From Escherichia coli (GTDB lineage Bacteria > Pseudomonadota > Gammaproteobacteria > Enterobacterales > Enterobacteriaceae): a stretch of DNA of 64,000 bases. Positions 1 to 11,704 of the stretch are shown here, in pieces. A model generated the notes under the pieces. That model ran no database searches and had not been told where the DNA came from. It saw only the letters and a program-made list of their open reading frames with translations. The stretch is from the NCBI RefSeq assembly GCF_003334815.1, contig NZ_QOWO01000001.1; one strand, given 5' to 3'. Each line of letters opens with the position of its first letter. Position 1 is the first letter of the stretch. Both the position numbers and the translations under genes were made by a program.

Positions 1-698
1 AAGTAACGATTATGCTTGAGGAGCTGCTGGCGCTGGGCGTTACTGGTGCAGAGTACGACGCCTGGCTGATTCGTATTGGCGATGGCGATCAATTCTCCAG
101 CGGCTTTGTCGAAGTGAACCCAAACTCGAAGATCCCGGCGCTGCGCGATCATACGCATAATCCGCCGATCCGCGTGTTTGAATCTGGTTCGATCCTGCTT
201 TATCTGGCGGAGAAATTTGGCTACTTCCTGCCGCAGGATTTGGCAAAGCGTACTGAAACGATGAACTGGCTGTTCTGGTTACAGGGCGCGGCACCGTTCC
301 TCGGCGGTGGTTTTGGTCACTTTTACCATTACGCACCGGTAAAGATTGAGTACGCCATCAACCGCTTTACCATGGAAGCCAAACGTCTGCTCGACGTGCT
401 GGATAAGCAACTGGCGCAGCATAAGTTTGTTGCGGGCGATGAGTACACCATTGCGGATATGGCGATTTGGCCGTGGTTTGGCAACGTGGTGTTAGGTGGT
501 GTGTATGATGCCGCTGAGTTTCTTGATGCGGGCAGTTATAAGCATGTACAACGCTGGGCGAAAGAAGTAGGCGAACGTCCGGCGGTGAAACGTGGGCGTA
601 TTGTTAACCGCACCAACGGACCGCTGAATGAGCAGTTGCATGAGCGCCATGACGCCAGTGATTTCGAGACGAATACGGAAGATAAGCGTCAGGGGTAA
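1..698 (+). CDS. yghU: GST-like disulfide-bond oxidoreductase YghU, 3' portion (5' end lies outside the window)
   Basis: ORF 12..698 is in frame back to position 1; translation matches the C-terminal part of E. coli YghU (GST fold, ...FYHYAPVKIEYAINRF...). Stop at 696-698. Confidence 0.85.
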   Translation, partial: VTIMLEELLALGVTGAEYDAWLIRIGDGDQFSSGFVEVNPNSKIPALRDHTHNPPIRVFESGSILLYLAEKFGYFLPQDLAKRTETMNWLFWLQGAAPFLGGGFGHFYHYAPVKIEYAINRFTMEAKRLLDVLDKQLAQHKFVAGDEYTIADMAIWPWFGNVVLGGVYDAAEFLDAGSYKHVQRWAKEVGERPAVKRGRIVNRTNGPLNEQLHERHDASDFETNTEDKRQG

Positions 699-714
699 GG
701 GTTGGTGTTCGTCG

Positions 715-810
715 CAGCAAGCCATCCAGGCCGGATAAGGCGTTCACGCCGCATCCGGCAATCGTGCACAATGCCTGATGCGACGCTGCCGCGTCTTATC
801 AGGCCTACGA
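715..810. repeat. REP/BIME element, two inverted REP-like palindromic units
   Basis: ggccggataaggcgttcacgccgcatccggca and gcctgatgcgacgctgccgcgtcttatcaggcctac motifs between the convergent yghU and hybG. Confidence 0.6.
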
Positions 811-820
811 AAGCTAATCA

Positions 821-1069
821 TCACGCGCTGGTAATGTCGTAATCCATTTGGCGCAGTGCGTCTAATGTGGCTTTGGCTTCATCTTCGTCGATGATGCTCA
901 TGGCAAATCCGACGTGTACCAGCACCCACTGGCCCAGTAGATCGGCAGGGTTACCTTCACAAATCAGGGCGATATTCACATCGCGCTTGATACCACATAC
1001 TTCAACCTGCGCAAGCTGGTGAATATCTTCACCGACAGCCAGCACCTGGCCTGGAACGCCAATACACAT
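821..1069 (-). CDS. hybG: Hydrogenase maturation factor HybG (HypC family)
   Basis: 82 aa, N-terminal MCIGVPGQV signature of HypC/HybG chaperones; last gene of the hyb operon. Confidence 0.93.
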
Positions 1070-1081
1070 TATTAACTCCGG

Positions 1082-1423
1082 TTATTCAACTTCAATACTT
1101 TTGACGATCAGCGAATCGCCGGTATCGACACGCAACCGCTCGCCGTGACAGAGCGGACACTGCGCATCGTGCTGATGAATCTCCACCACCTGGCTGCAAT
1201 CCCAGCACCAAGCCTGGGCGGGTTTATAGACGATATGTAAATCGCACCCTTGCGCCACCGTTCCGTGGCAGACAATTTCAAAACTAAAACGGACGGCGCT
1301 CTCCTCAACGCAGGAGAGCGCGCCAATTTCCAGCCACACGGCGGTGACGCGCTTAACATCGTGCTGCTCCGCCTGCCGTTGGATAATTTCAACGGCGCTC
1401 TGGCAAAGAGACAACTCATGCAT
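1082..1423 (-). CDS. hybF: Hydrogenase nickel-incorporation protein HybF (HypA family)
   Basis: Start set at MHELSLCQ (113 aa), not the longer ORF to 1477; CxxC...CxxC zinc motif (CWDCS...CPLCHG). Confidence 0.9.
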   Translation of the reverse strand: MHELSLCQSAVEIIQRQAEQHDVKRVTAVWLEIGALSCVEESAVRFSFEIVCHGTVAQGCDLHIVYKPAQAWCWDCSQVVEIHQHDAQCPLCHGERLRVDTGDSLIVKSIEVE

Positions 1424-1904
1424 TTTCGCCACTCCTGCGACCAAACAGCAGGGCGCGACGCCCTGCGTGTGGTACATCCGGATTCGTGACTGGCAGCGAA
1501 AGGATCATTCGTGCGCAGTCATCCGTCAGGCGTTGGCCCTCTTCAATCGACATGCTGTGCGAAAGCGGCGACATCAGCGAACAGGAGAGATATTGCGAAA
1601 CACCGTCCAGTTCGCCAACGGTAAAGGTCATAGTGCCATACGGCAGTTGCAGACCAATTTTTTCACTCACTTTGCGCAGCGGCCAGAGTTGATCCGGGCC
1701 GGGGAAGATAACTGCACTCAGCATCCACGGGGTGATCACACACCCCGTCCACTGACCTTCGAACAGCGTAAAATCAGAAACATACACCGGCATTGAAGGA
1801 TGCAGAAAAGAGAGATCGTGCATCGAACGCCGGGCAATTTCTTCAAACGCTGCCTGTACTTGCGCCTTCGGGGAGGTCTGGAAACCTGCTATCTCTTCAG
1901 TCAT
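1416..1904 (-). CDS. hybE: Hydrogenase-2 operon chaperone HybE
   Basis: Start set at MTEEIAGFQ (162 aa) inside the 187 aa ORF; overlaps hybF start by 8 nt and hybD stop. Confidence 0.9.
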   Translation of the reverse strand: MTEEIAGFQTSPKAQVQAAFEEIARRSMHDLSFLHPSMPVYVSDFTLFEGQWTGCVITPWMLSAVIFPGPDQLWPLRKVSEKIGLQLPYGTMTFTVGELDGVSQYLSCSLMSPLSHSMSIEEGQRLTDDCARMILSLPVTNPDVPHAGRRALLFGRRSGENA

Positions 1905-2391
1905 GAATCGCCTCCCGTGGGATGGCTTCCACGCCAGATTCACGCAGCGCAGCCAGAACCTGCTCAAGCGCAGGTTCAATCATTGCTTCAACCGTCGGCG
2001 TTAAGCCGATGTGTGGCTCCAGCGATTCCGGGATCACGCCGACCAGGGTCAGCTTTTTCGGAAACTCGCCGGTGAAGCGCAGGGCCGACAAGACGTCGGC
2101 CAGGCCAAGCTGATGCGGAGAGATTTTGTTGGTAAACAACGCCGGAACTTCTTCATCCCGCAGGATCATCATCGTTCCCGGCGCGTTCTTTTTCGAGACA
2201 ATGGCATCCGCAATAATCAAATGATCGCGATTTGCCATGTCGCCAAGCAGCTCCATTCCCGCCGTGCCGCCATCGAGGATCTCAACATAATCCGGCAGAA
2301 TGTATCGTTGCTCTAACGCTTCGACAATCCGCACACCGATGGCTTCATCGGTCAGCAAAATATTGCCGACCCCTAAGACTAAAATACGCAT
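1897..2391 (-). CDS. hybD: Hydrogenase 2 maturation endopeptidase HybD
   Basis: 164 aa, MRILVLGVGNIL... HybD/HycI protease family; start overlaps hybC stop. Confidence 0.93.
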   Translation of the reverse strand: MRILVLGVGNILLTDEAIGVRIVEALEQRYILPDYVEILDGGTAGMELLGDMANRDHLIIADAIVSKKNAPGTMMILRDEEVPALFTNKISPHQLGLADVLSALRFTGEFPKKLTLVGVIPESLEPHIGLTPTVEAMIEPALEQVLAALRESGVEAIPREAIHD

Positions 2392-4094
2392 TACAGAACC
2401 TTCACTGAAACCACTTCGTTGCCGTCAGCATCCACTACGTGTACCGCACAGGCCATGCACGGGTCAAAGGAGTGAATGGTACGCACCACTTCCAGCGGTT
2501 TATTCGGATCGGCAACCGGTGTACCCACCAGCGACTGCTCGTAAGGACCGACGTCATCATTGAAGTTACGCGGACCAGAGTTCCAGGTTGATGGAACAAC
2601 CGCCTGGTAGTTGCTGATGATACCGTCTTTAATAACCATCCAGTGAGAGAGCATACCGCGCGGCGCTTCGAGGAAGCCAACACCTTTGAATTCACCCGTT
2701 GCCGGAATGTTCGGCTTCACAAAGGTGGTGTGATCGCCTTTGCCGATATTGGTGATCAGTGCACTGTATTGGTTTTGCAGGATATCCTGCAATTCACAGC
2801 AGTGAACGGTACGACCAATAATACGGCCCAGCGTGGAGTGCAGCTGTGCCACTTCCAGCGTGTTGCCAGTCAGTTTCTGATAAATCGCAACGATTTCATT
2901 CAGTTTGTTCTGGGTAGATTCGCGACCTGCCGCCAGTTTCACCAGCATATTAGCCAGTGGCCCCACTTCTACCGTTTTGCCGTAGAAAGTCGGTGATTTC
3001 ACCCAGGAATATTTCCCGTCGTCAGACCAACCATCATAAGCCGGAATGGTGGTGCCTTCCCACGGTGCCTGCGGCGCTTCGTCTTTATACCAGGAGTGCT
3101 TCGCGCTTTCCTGAATGCCTTTGATCAGGTATTCATCGGAATGAGAAGTGATCGGACGATACGAGGACAGATCCGCATTCTCAATGTAGCCGCCCGGGAA
3201 CAGGAAGCTGCCGTTTTTACTGTCGGTCGGGAATTCCGGCACGCTCAGGTAGTTCACCGCACCTTTACCGCGTGTCAGCCATTCCGGGTAGAACGCGGCA
3301 ATAACTGCGGTATCAACCTTATAAACCTGCTCAACAAAGTCGCTCAGTTTGTCGATGAAAGACTTGATGTACATCAGGCGCTCAAGGTTCAGCACGCCCA
3401 AACCGTCGAGGTTGATCGGGTTCGCGACACCACCTACCGCCAGGTTCTGAATGTGCGGCGTTTTACCGCCCAGCAGCGCCACGACGCGGTTAGCGTCACG
3501 CTGGCACTCCAACGCTTGCAGGTAGTGCGCTACCGCAATCAGGTTCACTTCCGGCGGCAGTTTCATCGCCGGATGACCCCAGTAGCCATTAGCGAAAATA
3601 CCCAACTGACCGCTGGCAACCAGATCTTTGATCTTGTTCTGAACTTTGGTGAACTCTTCCGGACTGTTCAGGTGCCAGGTCGAAACGCCTTTCAGCATTT
3701 CGGAGGCTTTGGTTGGGTCAGCTTGCAGTGCAGAAGTGATGTCCACCCAGTCCAGCGCCGAAAGCTGATAGAAATGAACAATATGGTCATGCGTGGTGTG
3801 CGCAGCCAGAATGATGTTACGGATGTATTGCGCGTTAACCGGAACGTCGATATTCAGCGCACTTTCTGCCGCACGAACGGAAGACAGCGCGTGAGTGGTA
3901 GTACATACGCCACAGATACGTTGCACAATCATCCATGCATCGCGCGGATCGCGGTTTTTCACGATCTCTTCCATGCCGCGCCACATGGTACCGGAAGCCC
4001 ATGCTTTCGAAACGACGCCATTTTCGATTTCGCAATCGATGCGTAAATGCCCCTCAATACGGGTTACCGGATCAATAGTAATTCTCTGGCTCAT
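2391..4094 (-). CDS. hybC: [NiFe] hydrogenase 2 large subunit
   Basis: 567 aa; N-terminal RIEGH and C-terminal DPCMACAVH nickel-binding motifs, then a short C-terminal extension of the kind removed by HybD. Confidence 0.97.
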   Translation of the reverse strand: MSQRITIDPVTRIEGHLRIDCEIENGVVSKAWASGTMWRGMEEIVKNRDPRDAWMIVQRICGVCTTTHALSSVRAAESALNIDVPVNAQYIRNIILAAHTTHDHIVHFYQLSALDWVDITSALQADPTKASEMLKGVSTWHLNSPEEFTKVQNKIKDLVASGQLGIFANGYWGHPAMKLPPEVNLIAVAHYLQALECQRDANRVVALLGGKTPHIQNLAVGGVANPINLDGLGVLNLERLMYIKSFIDKLSDFVEQVYKVDTAVIAAFYPEWLTRGKGAVNYLSVPEFPTDSKNGSFLFPGGYIENADLSSYRPITSHSDEYLIKGIQESAKHSWYKDEAPQAPWEGTTIPAYDGWSDDGKYSWVKSPTFYGKTVEVGPLANMLVKLAAGRESTQNKLNEIVAIYQKLTGNTLEVAQLHSTLGRIIGRTVHCCELQDILQNQYSALITNIGKGDHTTFVKPNIPATGEFKGVGFLEAPRGMLSHWMVIKDGIISNYQAVVPSTWNSGPRNFNDDVGPYEQSLVGTPVADPNKPLEVVRTIHSFDPCMACAVHVVDADGNEVVSVKVL

Positions 4095-5269
4095 GCTTTG
4101 CTCGCCTCATGACGATTATGATCGTTTTGTTTTAAAGGAGGAAGTATCGGCAGTAGACGAATGAGTACGATGTAAGCGCAAATCTCAATAGCCACAAAAC
4201 CAATAGAAATCAACAGTTCTTCCCAGGTCGGGAAGTAGGCGTAACCGCCGCCCGGGTTGAATGCCACCAGCGAATAGGTCAGACGCCAGGTTGCACAACC
4301 TAACAGTGCGCTCAGTGCTGACAGGAACAGCATGCGGGAATCATTACGCAGCTTCGCCACACGCAGAACGACCAGCGGGAAGAGCATCAGCAGGACTTCA
4401 ATCCAGAACATCACGGAGTAGAAGTCACCGGCAAACGCTAACGACAGCTTGTCGCGATAGATAAGCTCGCCAAAGCGCAGCACGATGAAAATCGCCAGCA
4501 ACACACTGATGGTGTTGGTCAGCTTAACAAACAGACTCTTTTCATCCGGACCGTTGCCACGCAGACCCGCCTGCACCAGCGAACCTTCAAAGATGACAAT
4601 CGAGAAGCCCATGATGAACGCCGTCAGCAGCGAGAACAGCGGCAACATTTCATAGCTCTGCCACAACGGATGCACCTTGTAGCCCGCCGAGATCATCAGC
4701 GACCCCATTGAAGACTGGTGCATGGTCGGCAGCAGCGCACCGAGCGCGATGATGAAGAACATCACCTTGTTTAGTCGCTGTAGCGACACCTTCCACCCCA
4801 GACGTTCAAACAGTGCCGGAGCAAACTCCAGTGCCATCACGCCGATATAGATGGTCATACAGACCGCCGTCTCGAACAGTACCGAGTTCACGTTGAAGTG
4901 ACCCGGAATGTAGAAGTACGGCAGGTTCCAGTAGCGACCCACGTCGATAGTGATCGACAAGCCACCCAGTGAGTAACCAAACAGACTCGCCAACAGCGCC
5001 GGACGCACCAGCGGATGGTATTGCCCACGGTTAAAGACGTATACCGCCCACGCCAGCGCCCAGCCGCCACAGGCAAAGCCGGTGCCAATCAGCAGGTCAA
5101 ACGCGATCCACACGCCCCACGGGAAGCCGCCGTTCAGGTCAGAGACAGAGCCCAGACCGAACACCAGACGCTTCACAATCAGGAGCATACAGATGACGAT
5201 TAACGGTCCAAAAATCATGACCGGTTTACTGATGATTTTGCCGCCCAGCGGTTGTGGATCATGACTCAT
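4091..5269 (-). CDS. hybB: Hydrogenase 2 integral membrane subunit HybB
   Basis: 392 aa, strongly hydrophobic multi-TM protein; ATGA overlap with hybC. Confidence 0.93.
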
Positions 5270-6245
5270 GATCGTCTCCTCCGTCGTGATGGTCGTTTTT
5301 GGTGTTGCGACGAACCAGCACGGTTAAGCCCGCCAGCACAGCCAGTGGTAGCATCATGCCTTTATACAGGGTGTGTTGAATATTTTCGGAACGCGCACCG
5401 GTAGAAAGATCGTCCAGTTTCGGCAGGTCGAGATTTTCATAAGGCACACCCGTCAGTACCAGAACCTGAGTACCGCCGCCCTCTTTCTCGCCGTACAGAT
5501 GCGGATAATATTTCGGCACCGTATGCAGGTAAGTGTCGCCAGATTTCAGCGTCTGACGCGGATAGTGGTATTCGCTGCCAGGCTTCAGCGCCAGACGTTT
5601 TTTCGCCTCCGCCATCAGCTCTTCACGCGTACCGAAAATCACCGCGCCCGCCGGGCACACTTCTACGCAGCCAGGTAGACCGCCTTTATCGAGACGTTCC
5701 ACACCTTTCTGGTTGCACAGCTCGCACTTATGCAGCGCACCAAACGGGTTGTTGTAGTCGTACTTCGGCACGTTGTACGGACAGGCGACCATGCAGTAAC
5801 GGCAGCCGGTGCACACATCTTTGTCGTAATGGACAATGCCGGTTTTCGGATCTTTTTTCAGTGCAGAGACCGGGCACACAGAGACACAGTTCGGATCGAC
5901 GCAGTGCATACACTGTTTCTTAATGTACGCGTAGCCGTTCTCCTCCTGGTCTTTGTTGACCCCTGTGCCGCTGGTCCACACCTGAATGATGTTATTGGTA
6001 TACGGCGACAGTTTGTCGTTGTTCGACCAGGTCTGTTCCCCTTGCGGGTTACGTTCAGGGAAATTGATATCCTGACACTTGGTGACGCAAGCCTGGCAGC
6101 CTACGCACAAGGTCGAGTCGTACAACATCCCCAGCGATCCCGGAATTGGCGGGCGGTTTTCAGCAGCCGCATGACTGACAGACGGCAGCGCGCCCGTCAG
6201 CAATGCCCCGCAGGAGGCTGCTTTAATAAAATTACGTCTGTTCAC
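5259..6245 (-). CDS. hybA: Hydrogenase 2 ferredoxin-type Fe-S subunit HybA
   Basis: 328 aa; twin-arginine leader MNRRNFIKA; multiple CxxCxxCxxxCP ferredoxin motifs. Confidence 0.95.
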
Positions 6246-6247
6246 GG

Positions 6248-7366
6248 TTATTCTCCCCGTGAGTCAGCGTTATCTTTCTTTTGCTGACGACCCAGTTCAC
6301 GCACCGCCATCACGCTGACACCGGCAACCAACCCAACCACACCGCCGAGCAAACCAATAGCGCCTGCAGAGACGTTGCCGCCCTCTTTAGCGTTAACATC
6401 CGGTTTCTGTGAACGCGGAGTTTGATTTTCGACGTTGGCAAGCTGATGGATGCCTTTATGGAAGCCGATACCTTCTTCGTTACAGCCATAGCACGGGTGA
6501 CCAATCGCCACCGGCCACACACCGCCAACATCGCAGAATTGCAGCGTTGAGCAGTTGCCGTAAGTTTCTGGCCCTTTACAGCCGAGGTGGTACAGGCACC
6601 AGCCTTCGCGGTGGCCTTCATCACCGAACTCTTTGGCAAAACGACCAGCATCGAAGTGCGGGCGACGTTCGCAGTGTTCGTGAATCAGACGGCCATAGGC
6701 GAAGGTCGGACGGTTTTTGTCATCCAGTTTCGGCGGTTTGCCGTAAGTGATGATGTGCGCAACGGTCGCGAGGAAGTTGTGCGGGTTCGGCGGGCAGCCC
6801 GGAATATTGATAACGGTTTTGCCTGGCAGAACTTCTTGCAGGCTGACTGCGCCAGTTGGGTTAACTCCAGCTGCGGCAACACCGCCCCACGCAGAGCAGG
6901 AACCGATAGCGATAATGGCTGCTGCGCCTTCCGCCGCTTTGCGGATGTGATCCACAATCGGCTCACCGGCAACCATGCAATAAATACCGTTATCTTTTAA
7001 TGGGATGGAACCATCCACCACTAACACATACTGCCCTTTGTACTTCTCGAGAGCGTTATGTTTGTTCTCTTCGACCTGATGACCGAAGGCGGCGGAAAGC
7101 ACTTCGTGATACTCCAGAGAGATAGTCTCCAGTACGAGGTTTTCTACCGTTGGATGCGTTGCACGAAGCAGAGATTCCGTACAACCGGTGCACTCCTGCG
7201 CGCCAATCCAGATAACTGGCGGACGCTGCGGGTTAGTAACCGATTCGGCCATCTCTGCAGCGGCTTTGCTACTTAACCCCATGGTGGCGGCTAATGCTGC
7301 ACAAAGCTTCATGAAATCACGACGGTTAATGCCGTGAGAATGGATGAGGGTGTTATCTCCAGTCAT
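6248..7366 (-). CDS. hybO: [NiFe] hydrogenase 2 small subunit HybO
   Basis: 372 aa; Tat signal RRDFMK; small-subunit Fe-S cysteine clusters. Confidence 0.95.
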   Translation of the reverse strand: MTGDNTLIHSHGINRRDFMKLCAALAATMGLSSKAAAEMAESVTNPQRPPVIWIGAQECTGCTESLLRATHPTVENLVLETISLEYHEVLSAAFGHQVEENKHNALEKYKGQYVLVVDGSIPLKDNGIYCMVAGEPIVDHIRKAAEGAAAIIAIGSCSAWGGVAAAGVNPTGAVSLQEVLPGKTVINIPGCPPNPHNFLATVAHIITYGKPPKLDDKNRPTFAYGRLIHEHCERRPHFDAGRFAKEFGDEGHREGWCLYHLGCKGPETYGNCSTLQFCDVGGVWPVAIGHPCYGCNEEGIGFHKGIHQLANVENQTPRSQKPDVNAKEGGNVSAGAIGLLGGVVGLVAGVSVMAVRELGRQQKKDNADSRGE

Positions 7367-7554
7367 TTATAGTTATTCCGTTGCGAAGACCTGGCATATA
7401 TTTTGCCTCAATCGCAAAATCAATAATGCGATCGATGCGCCATTTACCACACATTTATTATGGTTATCGATATCATGATACTGCGGCGGGGCGCTAAAAC
7501 GAAGGGAAGAAGCATTAGTGTAATTAATTAAAGCAAGATAATACGTATGTTTGA
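7367..7554 (-). promoter_or_regulatory. hyb operon promoter / 5' regulatory region
   Basis: AT-rich 188 bp intergenic region directly upstream of hybO; contains a ttgatcaa palindrome near 7541-7550. Individual sites not resolved. Confidence 0.4.
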
Positions 7555-7842
7555 TCAATTTTCGAGGCGATAACCGGCCATAAAAAAGCGCAACGTAGAA
7601 CAGGAATTATTCTCACGAAAGAAATCCATTACCATCTCTTTATCCAGTCCATAGCGGCGCGTCAGAATACCCGCTTCCCAGGCGCTAAGCTGGCGATCTC
7701 CGGTCTTTTCGTACATCCGGTGTGAGTAGCCTAATACAAAACCGCGTTTATAATCGGCACAGAATTTTGTCACATTAACCGCACTGTCGGCATGCGTTGC
7801 TTTTAATCCCGCCATTAAGCCTTTACCAAAATGGTTATTCAT
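7555..7842 (-). CDS. yghW: Uncharacterised protein YghW (DUF2623)
   Basis: 95 aa [16 protein letters not shown]..., matches E. coli YghW. Confidence 0.8.
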
Positions 7843-7960
7843 CGTTCACCTCATTCGCTATATATTGTCATATATAGCGATATTTTAGGCAAAGAACGAC
7901 TTTTGCGCACGCTATTTTTTCATGCTTGTTTAAGACGTAATCCCGTAAGAGATAAACCTA

Positions 7961-8845
7961 TCAGGAGAGATATTTATCGAACCATTTCAGTGTCCTTTGC
8001 CAGGCAAGATCGGCGGCAGATTTGTCATAACGGGGCGTGGAATCATTATGGAATCCGTGATTAACCCCCGGATAGATATACGCCTCATAAACCTTATTAT
8101 TGGCTTTCAACGCCGCCTCGTAAGCAGGCCAGCCCTCGTTGATTCGGGTGTCCAGTTCCGCGAAGTGGAGTAGTAAAGGCGCTTCAATCTTCGCCACATC
8201 GGCAGTGGGTGCCTGACGACCATAAAACGGCACCGCGCAGGCCAGTTCCGGATACGCGACAGCCGCCGCGTTCGATACGCCACCGCCATAGCAAAATCCG
8301 GTAATACCCACTTTGCCTGTCGCTTGCGGATAGCGTTGCATAAACTCAATTGCGGCAAAGAAATCATTCATCAGTTTGTTGGATCAACCTGCTGTTGCAG
8401 CTCACGACCTTTATCATCATTTCCCGGATAACCTCCAACGGAACTTAAGCCGTCAGGTGCCAGGGCGATATACCCCGCCTTCGCCACTCGCCGTGCCACA
8501 TCTTCGATATACGGATTCAGTCCACGATTCTCATGCACCACCACTACGGCTGGCGTTTTGCCGCTCATCTTTGCGGGCTTCACCAGATAACCCCGCACCT
8601 CGCCGTGACCATTTGGCGAAGGATACGTGATGTACTCAGCAACAATTTCCGGGTCGGTAAACTCTACCTGAGTCGCCAGCGCATAATTTGGCTTGAGCAA
8701 ATCAAACAACGCTAATGCCGTCATCCCGCCTACCGCACTTCGCCGCAAGGTTGAGGAACTCACGTTTCGAGATTTTCCCGTGAGCGTAATAGTCATAGTA
8801 ATCCAGCAACTCTTGTGGGAAATCTTTGGCGGTTAAACGCGGCAT
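7961..8845 (-). pseudogene. yghX: Dienelactone hydrolase family gene disrupted by two frameshifts
   Basis: Three overlapping minus-strand ORFs (8702..8890, 8371..8796, 7961..8371) in different frames together cover one dienelactone-hydrolase-like protein. Confidence 0.75.
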
Positions 8846-9001
8846 CGTTGCACTCCTCAGTTGGTGTTTTTTTAAGCAAAGCATAAGCACGTGTTTTTGC
8901 CCAGTTTTTCGTCACTCTGTGAGCCAGACTACGGGATACGCGCTGGCGAATCGCTAAACTAGAAACATTGTTTCGAAATTGAACGGTGGAAAGGAGAGGT
9001 C

Positions 9002-10042
9002 ATGGTCTGGTTAGCGAATCCCGAACGTTACGGGCAGATGCAATACCGCTATTGCGGAAAAAGTGGTTTACGCCTGCCCGCGTTATCGCTCGGTTTATGG
9101 CACAATTTCGGTCACGTTAACGCGCTGGAATCACAGCGTGCGATCCTGCGTAAAGCGTTTGATTTGGGCATTACGCACTTTGATTTAGCCAACAATTACG
9201 GGCCGCCTCCAGGAAGCGCAGAAGAGAACTTTGGTCGCCTGCTGCGGGAGGATTTTGCCGCTTATCGCGATGAACTGATTATCTCTACCAAGGCTGGCTA
9301 CGATATGTGGCCCGGCCCTTACGGCTCTGGCGGTTCACGTAAATACCTGCTCGCCAGCCTCGACCAAAGCCTGAAGCGTATGGGGCTTGAGTATGTCGAT
9401 ATCTTTTACTCTCATCGCGTCGATGAAAATACGCCGATGGAAGAAACCGCCTCTGCGCTGGCTCATGCGGTACAAAGCGGTAAGGCGCTGTATGTCGGGA
9501 TCTCCTCTTACTCGCCAGAGCGGACGCAAAAAATGGTCGAGTTGCTGCGCGAGTGGAAAATTCCGCTGTTAATTCATCAACCTTCGTACAATTTACTGAA
9601 CCGCTGGGTGGATAAAAGCGGCCTGCTGGATACCCTGCAAAATAACGGCGTGGGCTGTATTGCCTTTACTCCTCTGGCTCAGGGATTGCTGACCGGAAAA
9701 TATCTCAACGGCATTCCGCAAGATTCACGGATGCATCGTGAAGGGAATAAAGTTCGTGGTCTGACACCGAAAATGCTTACCGAAGCCAACCTCAACAGCC
9801 TGCGCTTATTGAATGAAATGGCACAGCAGCGTGGACAATCAATGGCGCAAATGGCGTTAAGCTGGTTGCTGAAAGATGATCGCGTGACGTCGGTATTGAT
9901 TGGTGCCAGCCGCGCGGAGCAACTAGAGGAGAACGTGCAGGCGCTGAATAATCTGACATTTAGCACCAAGGAGCTGGCGCAGATTGATCAGCATATCGCC
10001 GATGGCGAGCTGAATCTGTGGCAGGCGTCTTCCGATAAATGA
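9002..10042 (+). CDS. gpr: L-glyceraldehyde 3-phosphate reductase (aldo-keto reductase)
   Basis: 346 aa, MVWLANPERYGQMQYRYCGKSGLRLPALSLGLW..., aldo-keto reductase fold. Confidence 0.93.
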   Translation: MVWLANPERYGQMQYRYCGKSGLRLPALSLGLWHNFGHVNALESQRAILRKAFDLGITHFDLANNYGPPPGSAEENFGRLLREDFAAYRDELIISTKAGYDMWPGPYGSGGSRKYLLASLDQSLKRMGLEYVDIFYSHRVDENTPMEETASALAHAVQSGKALYVGISSYSPERTQKMVELLREWKIPLLIHQPSYNLLNRWVDKSGLLDTLQNNGVGCIAFTPLAQGLLTGKYLNGIPQDSRMHREGNKVRGLTPKMLTEANLNSLRLLNEMAQQRGQSMAQMALSWLLKDDRVTSVLIGASRAEQLEENVQALNNLTFSTKELAQIDQHIADGELNLWQASSDK

Positions 10043-10054
10043 CCTGTTAATAAC

Positions 10055-10073
10055 GGGCGCGCGAACCGCGCCC
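10055..10073. terminator. GC-rich stem-loop between convergent gpr and yqhA
   Basis: gggcgcg-cgaac-cgcgccc, perfect 7 bp stem; no strong U-tract. Confidence 0.4.
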
Positions 10074-10081
10074 GAATCAGA

Positions 10082-10645
<564 letters not shown>

Positions 10646-10766
10646 TCAACATATACGTTAAACCTTTGTCGCATAATTCTGAGGTTTAGGGATCTTCCTG
10701 GTTCCCTTATCAACGCATCGAGAACGTCTACCCTTAAAGGACGTTGAACCTGAAGGGAGAAAAACG

Positions 10767-11651
10767 ATGTCTCATTTAAAAGACCCGACCACGCAGTATT
10801 ACACTGGTGAATATCCCAAACAGAAACAACCGACGCCAGGCATCCAGGCGAAGATGACACCGGTACCGGATTGCGGCGAGAAAACCTATGTTGGTAGCGG
10901 TCGCCTGAAAGATCGTAAAGCACTGGTGACAGGGGGCGATTCCGGAATAGGTCGCGCTGCCGCCATCGCTTACGCGCGTGAAGGGGCTGACGTGGCGATC
11001 AGTTATCTTCCCGTGGAAGAAGAAGACGCTCAGGATGTGAAAAAGATCATTGAAGAATGCGGACGCAAAGCCGTTCTGCTGCCAGGCGATTTAAGCGATG
11101 AGAAATTTGCCCGTTCGCTGGTTCACGAAGCGCACAAGGCGTTAGGCGGGCTGGATATTATGGCGCTGGTCGCCGGGAAACAGGTTGCCATTCCGGATAT
11201 TGCAGACCTCACCAGCGAACAGTTTCAAAAGACCTTTGCCATTAACGTTTTCGCGCTGTTCTGGCTAACCCAGGAAGCGATCCCCCTGCTACCGAAAGGT
11301 GCAAGTATCATCACCACTTCGTCAATCCAGGCATACCAGCCAAGTCCGCATTTACTGGACTATGCGGCTACGAAGGCGGCGATTCTGAACTACAGCCGTG
11401 GCTTGGCAAAACAGGTCGCGGAGAAAGGTATTCGGGTGAATATTGTCGCGCCAGGCCCGATCTGGACAGCACTGCAAATTTCCGGCGGACAAACGCAGGA
11501 TAAGATCCCGCAGTTTGGTCAGCAAACGCCGATGAAACGTGCGGGGCAACCGGCGGAACTGGCCCCTGTATATGTTTATCTGGCAAGTCAGGAGTCGAGC
11601 TACGTCACCGCAGAAGTGCACGGCGTGTGCGGCGGCGAGCATTTAGGTTAA
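10767..11651 (+). CDS. yghA: NADP-dependent short-chain dehydrogenase/reductase YghA
   Basis: 294 aa; SDR glycine-rich motif [12 protein letters not shown] and catalytic YxxxK (YAATKAA). Confidence 0.9.
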
Positions 11652-11690
11652 AAAAATGCCCGGTTGTGAAAAGCAACCGGGCATCATTGT
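11649..11690. terminator. Rho-independent terminator, strongest for minus-strand exbBD
   Basis: 10 bp stem tgcccggttg/caaccgggca (11657-11683) preceded on the plus strand by an A-run (U-run on the minus strand). Confidence 0.55.
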
Positions 11691-11704
11691 GAATTCACTC
11701 TTAC

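Noticed and set aside
1344-1796. 150-aa and other plus-strand ORFs across hybE/hybF
   Set aside because: Antisense to the tightly packed hyb operon genes; no coding signal.
3096-4046. 316-aa plus-strand ORF inside hybC
   Set aside because: Lies antisense to the well-supported hybC gene; Arg/Val-rich composition typical of antisense frames in GC-rich genes; no RBS or recognisable domain.
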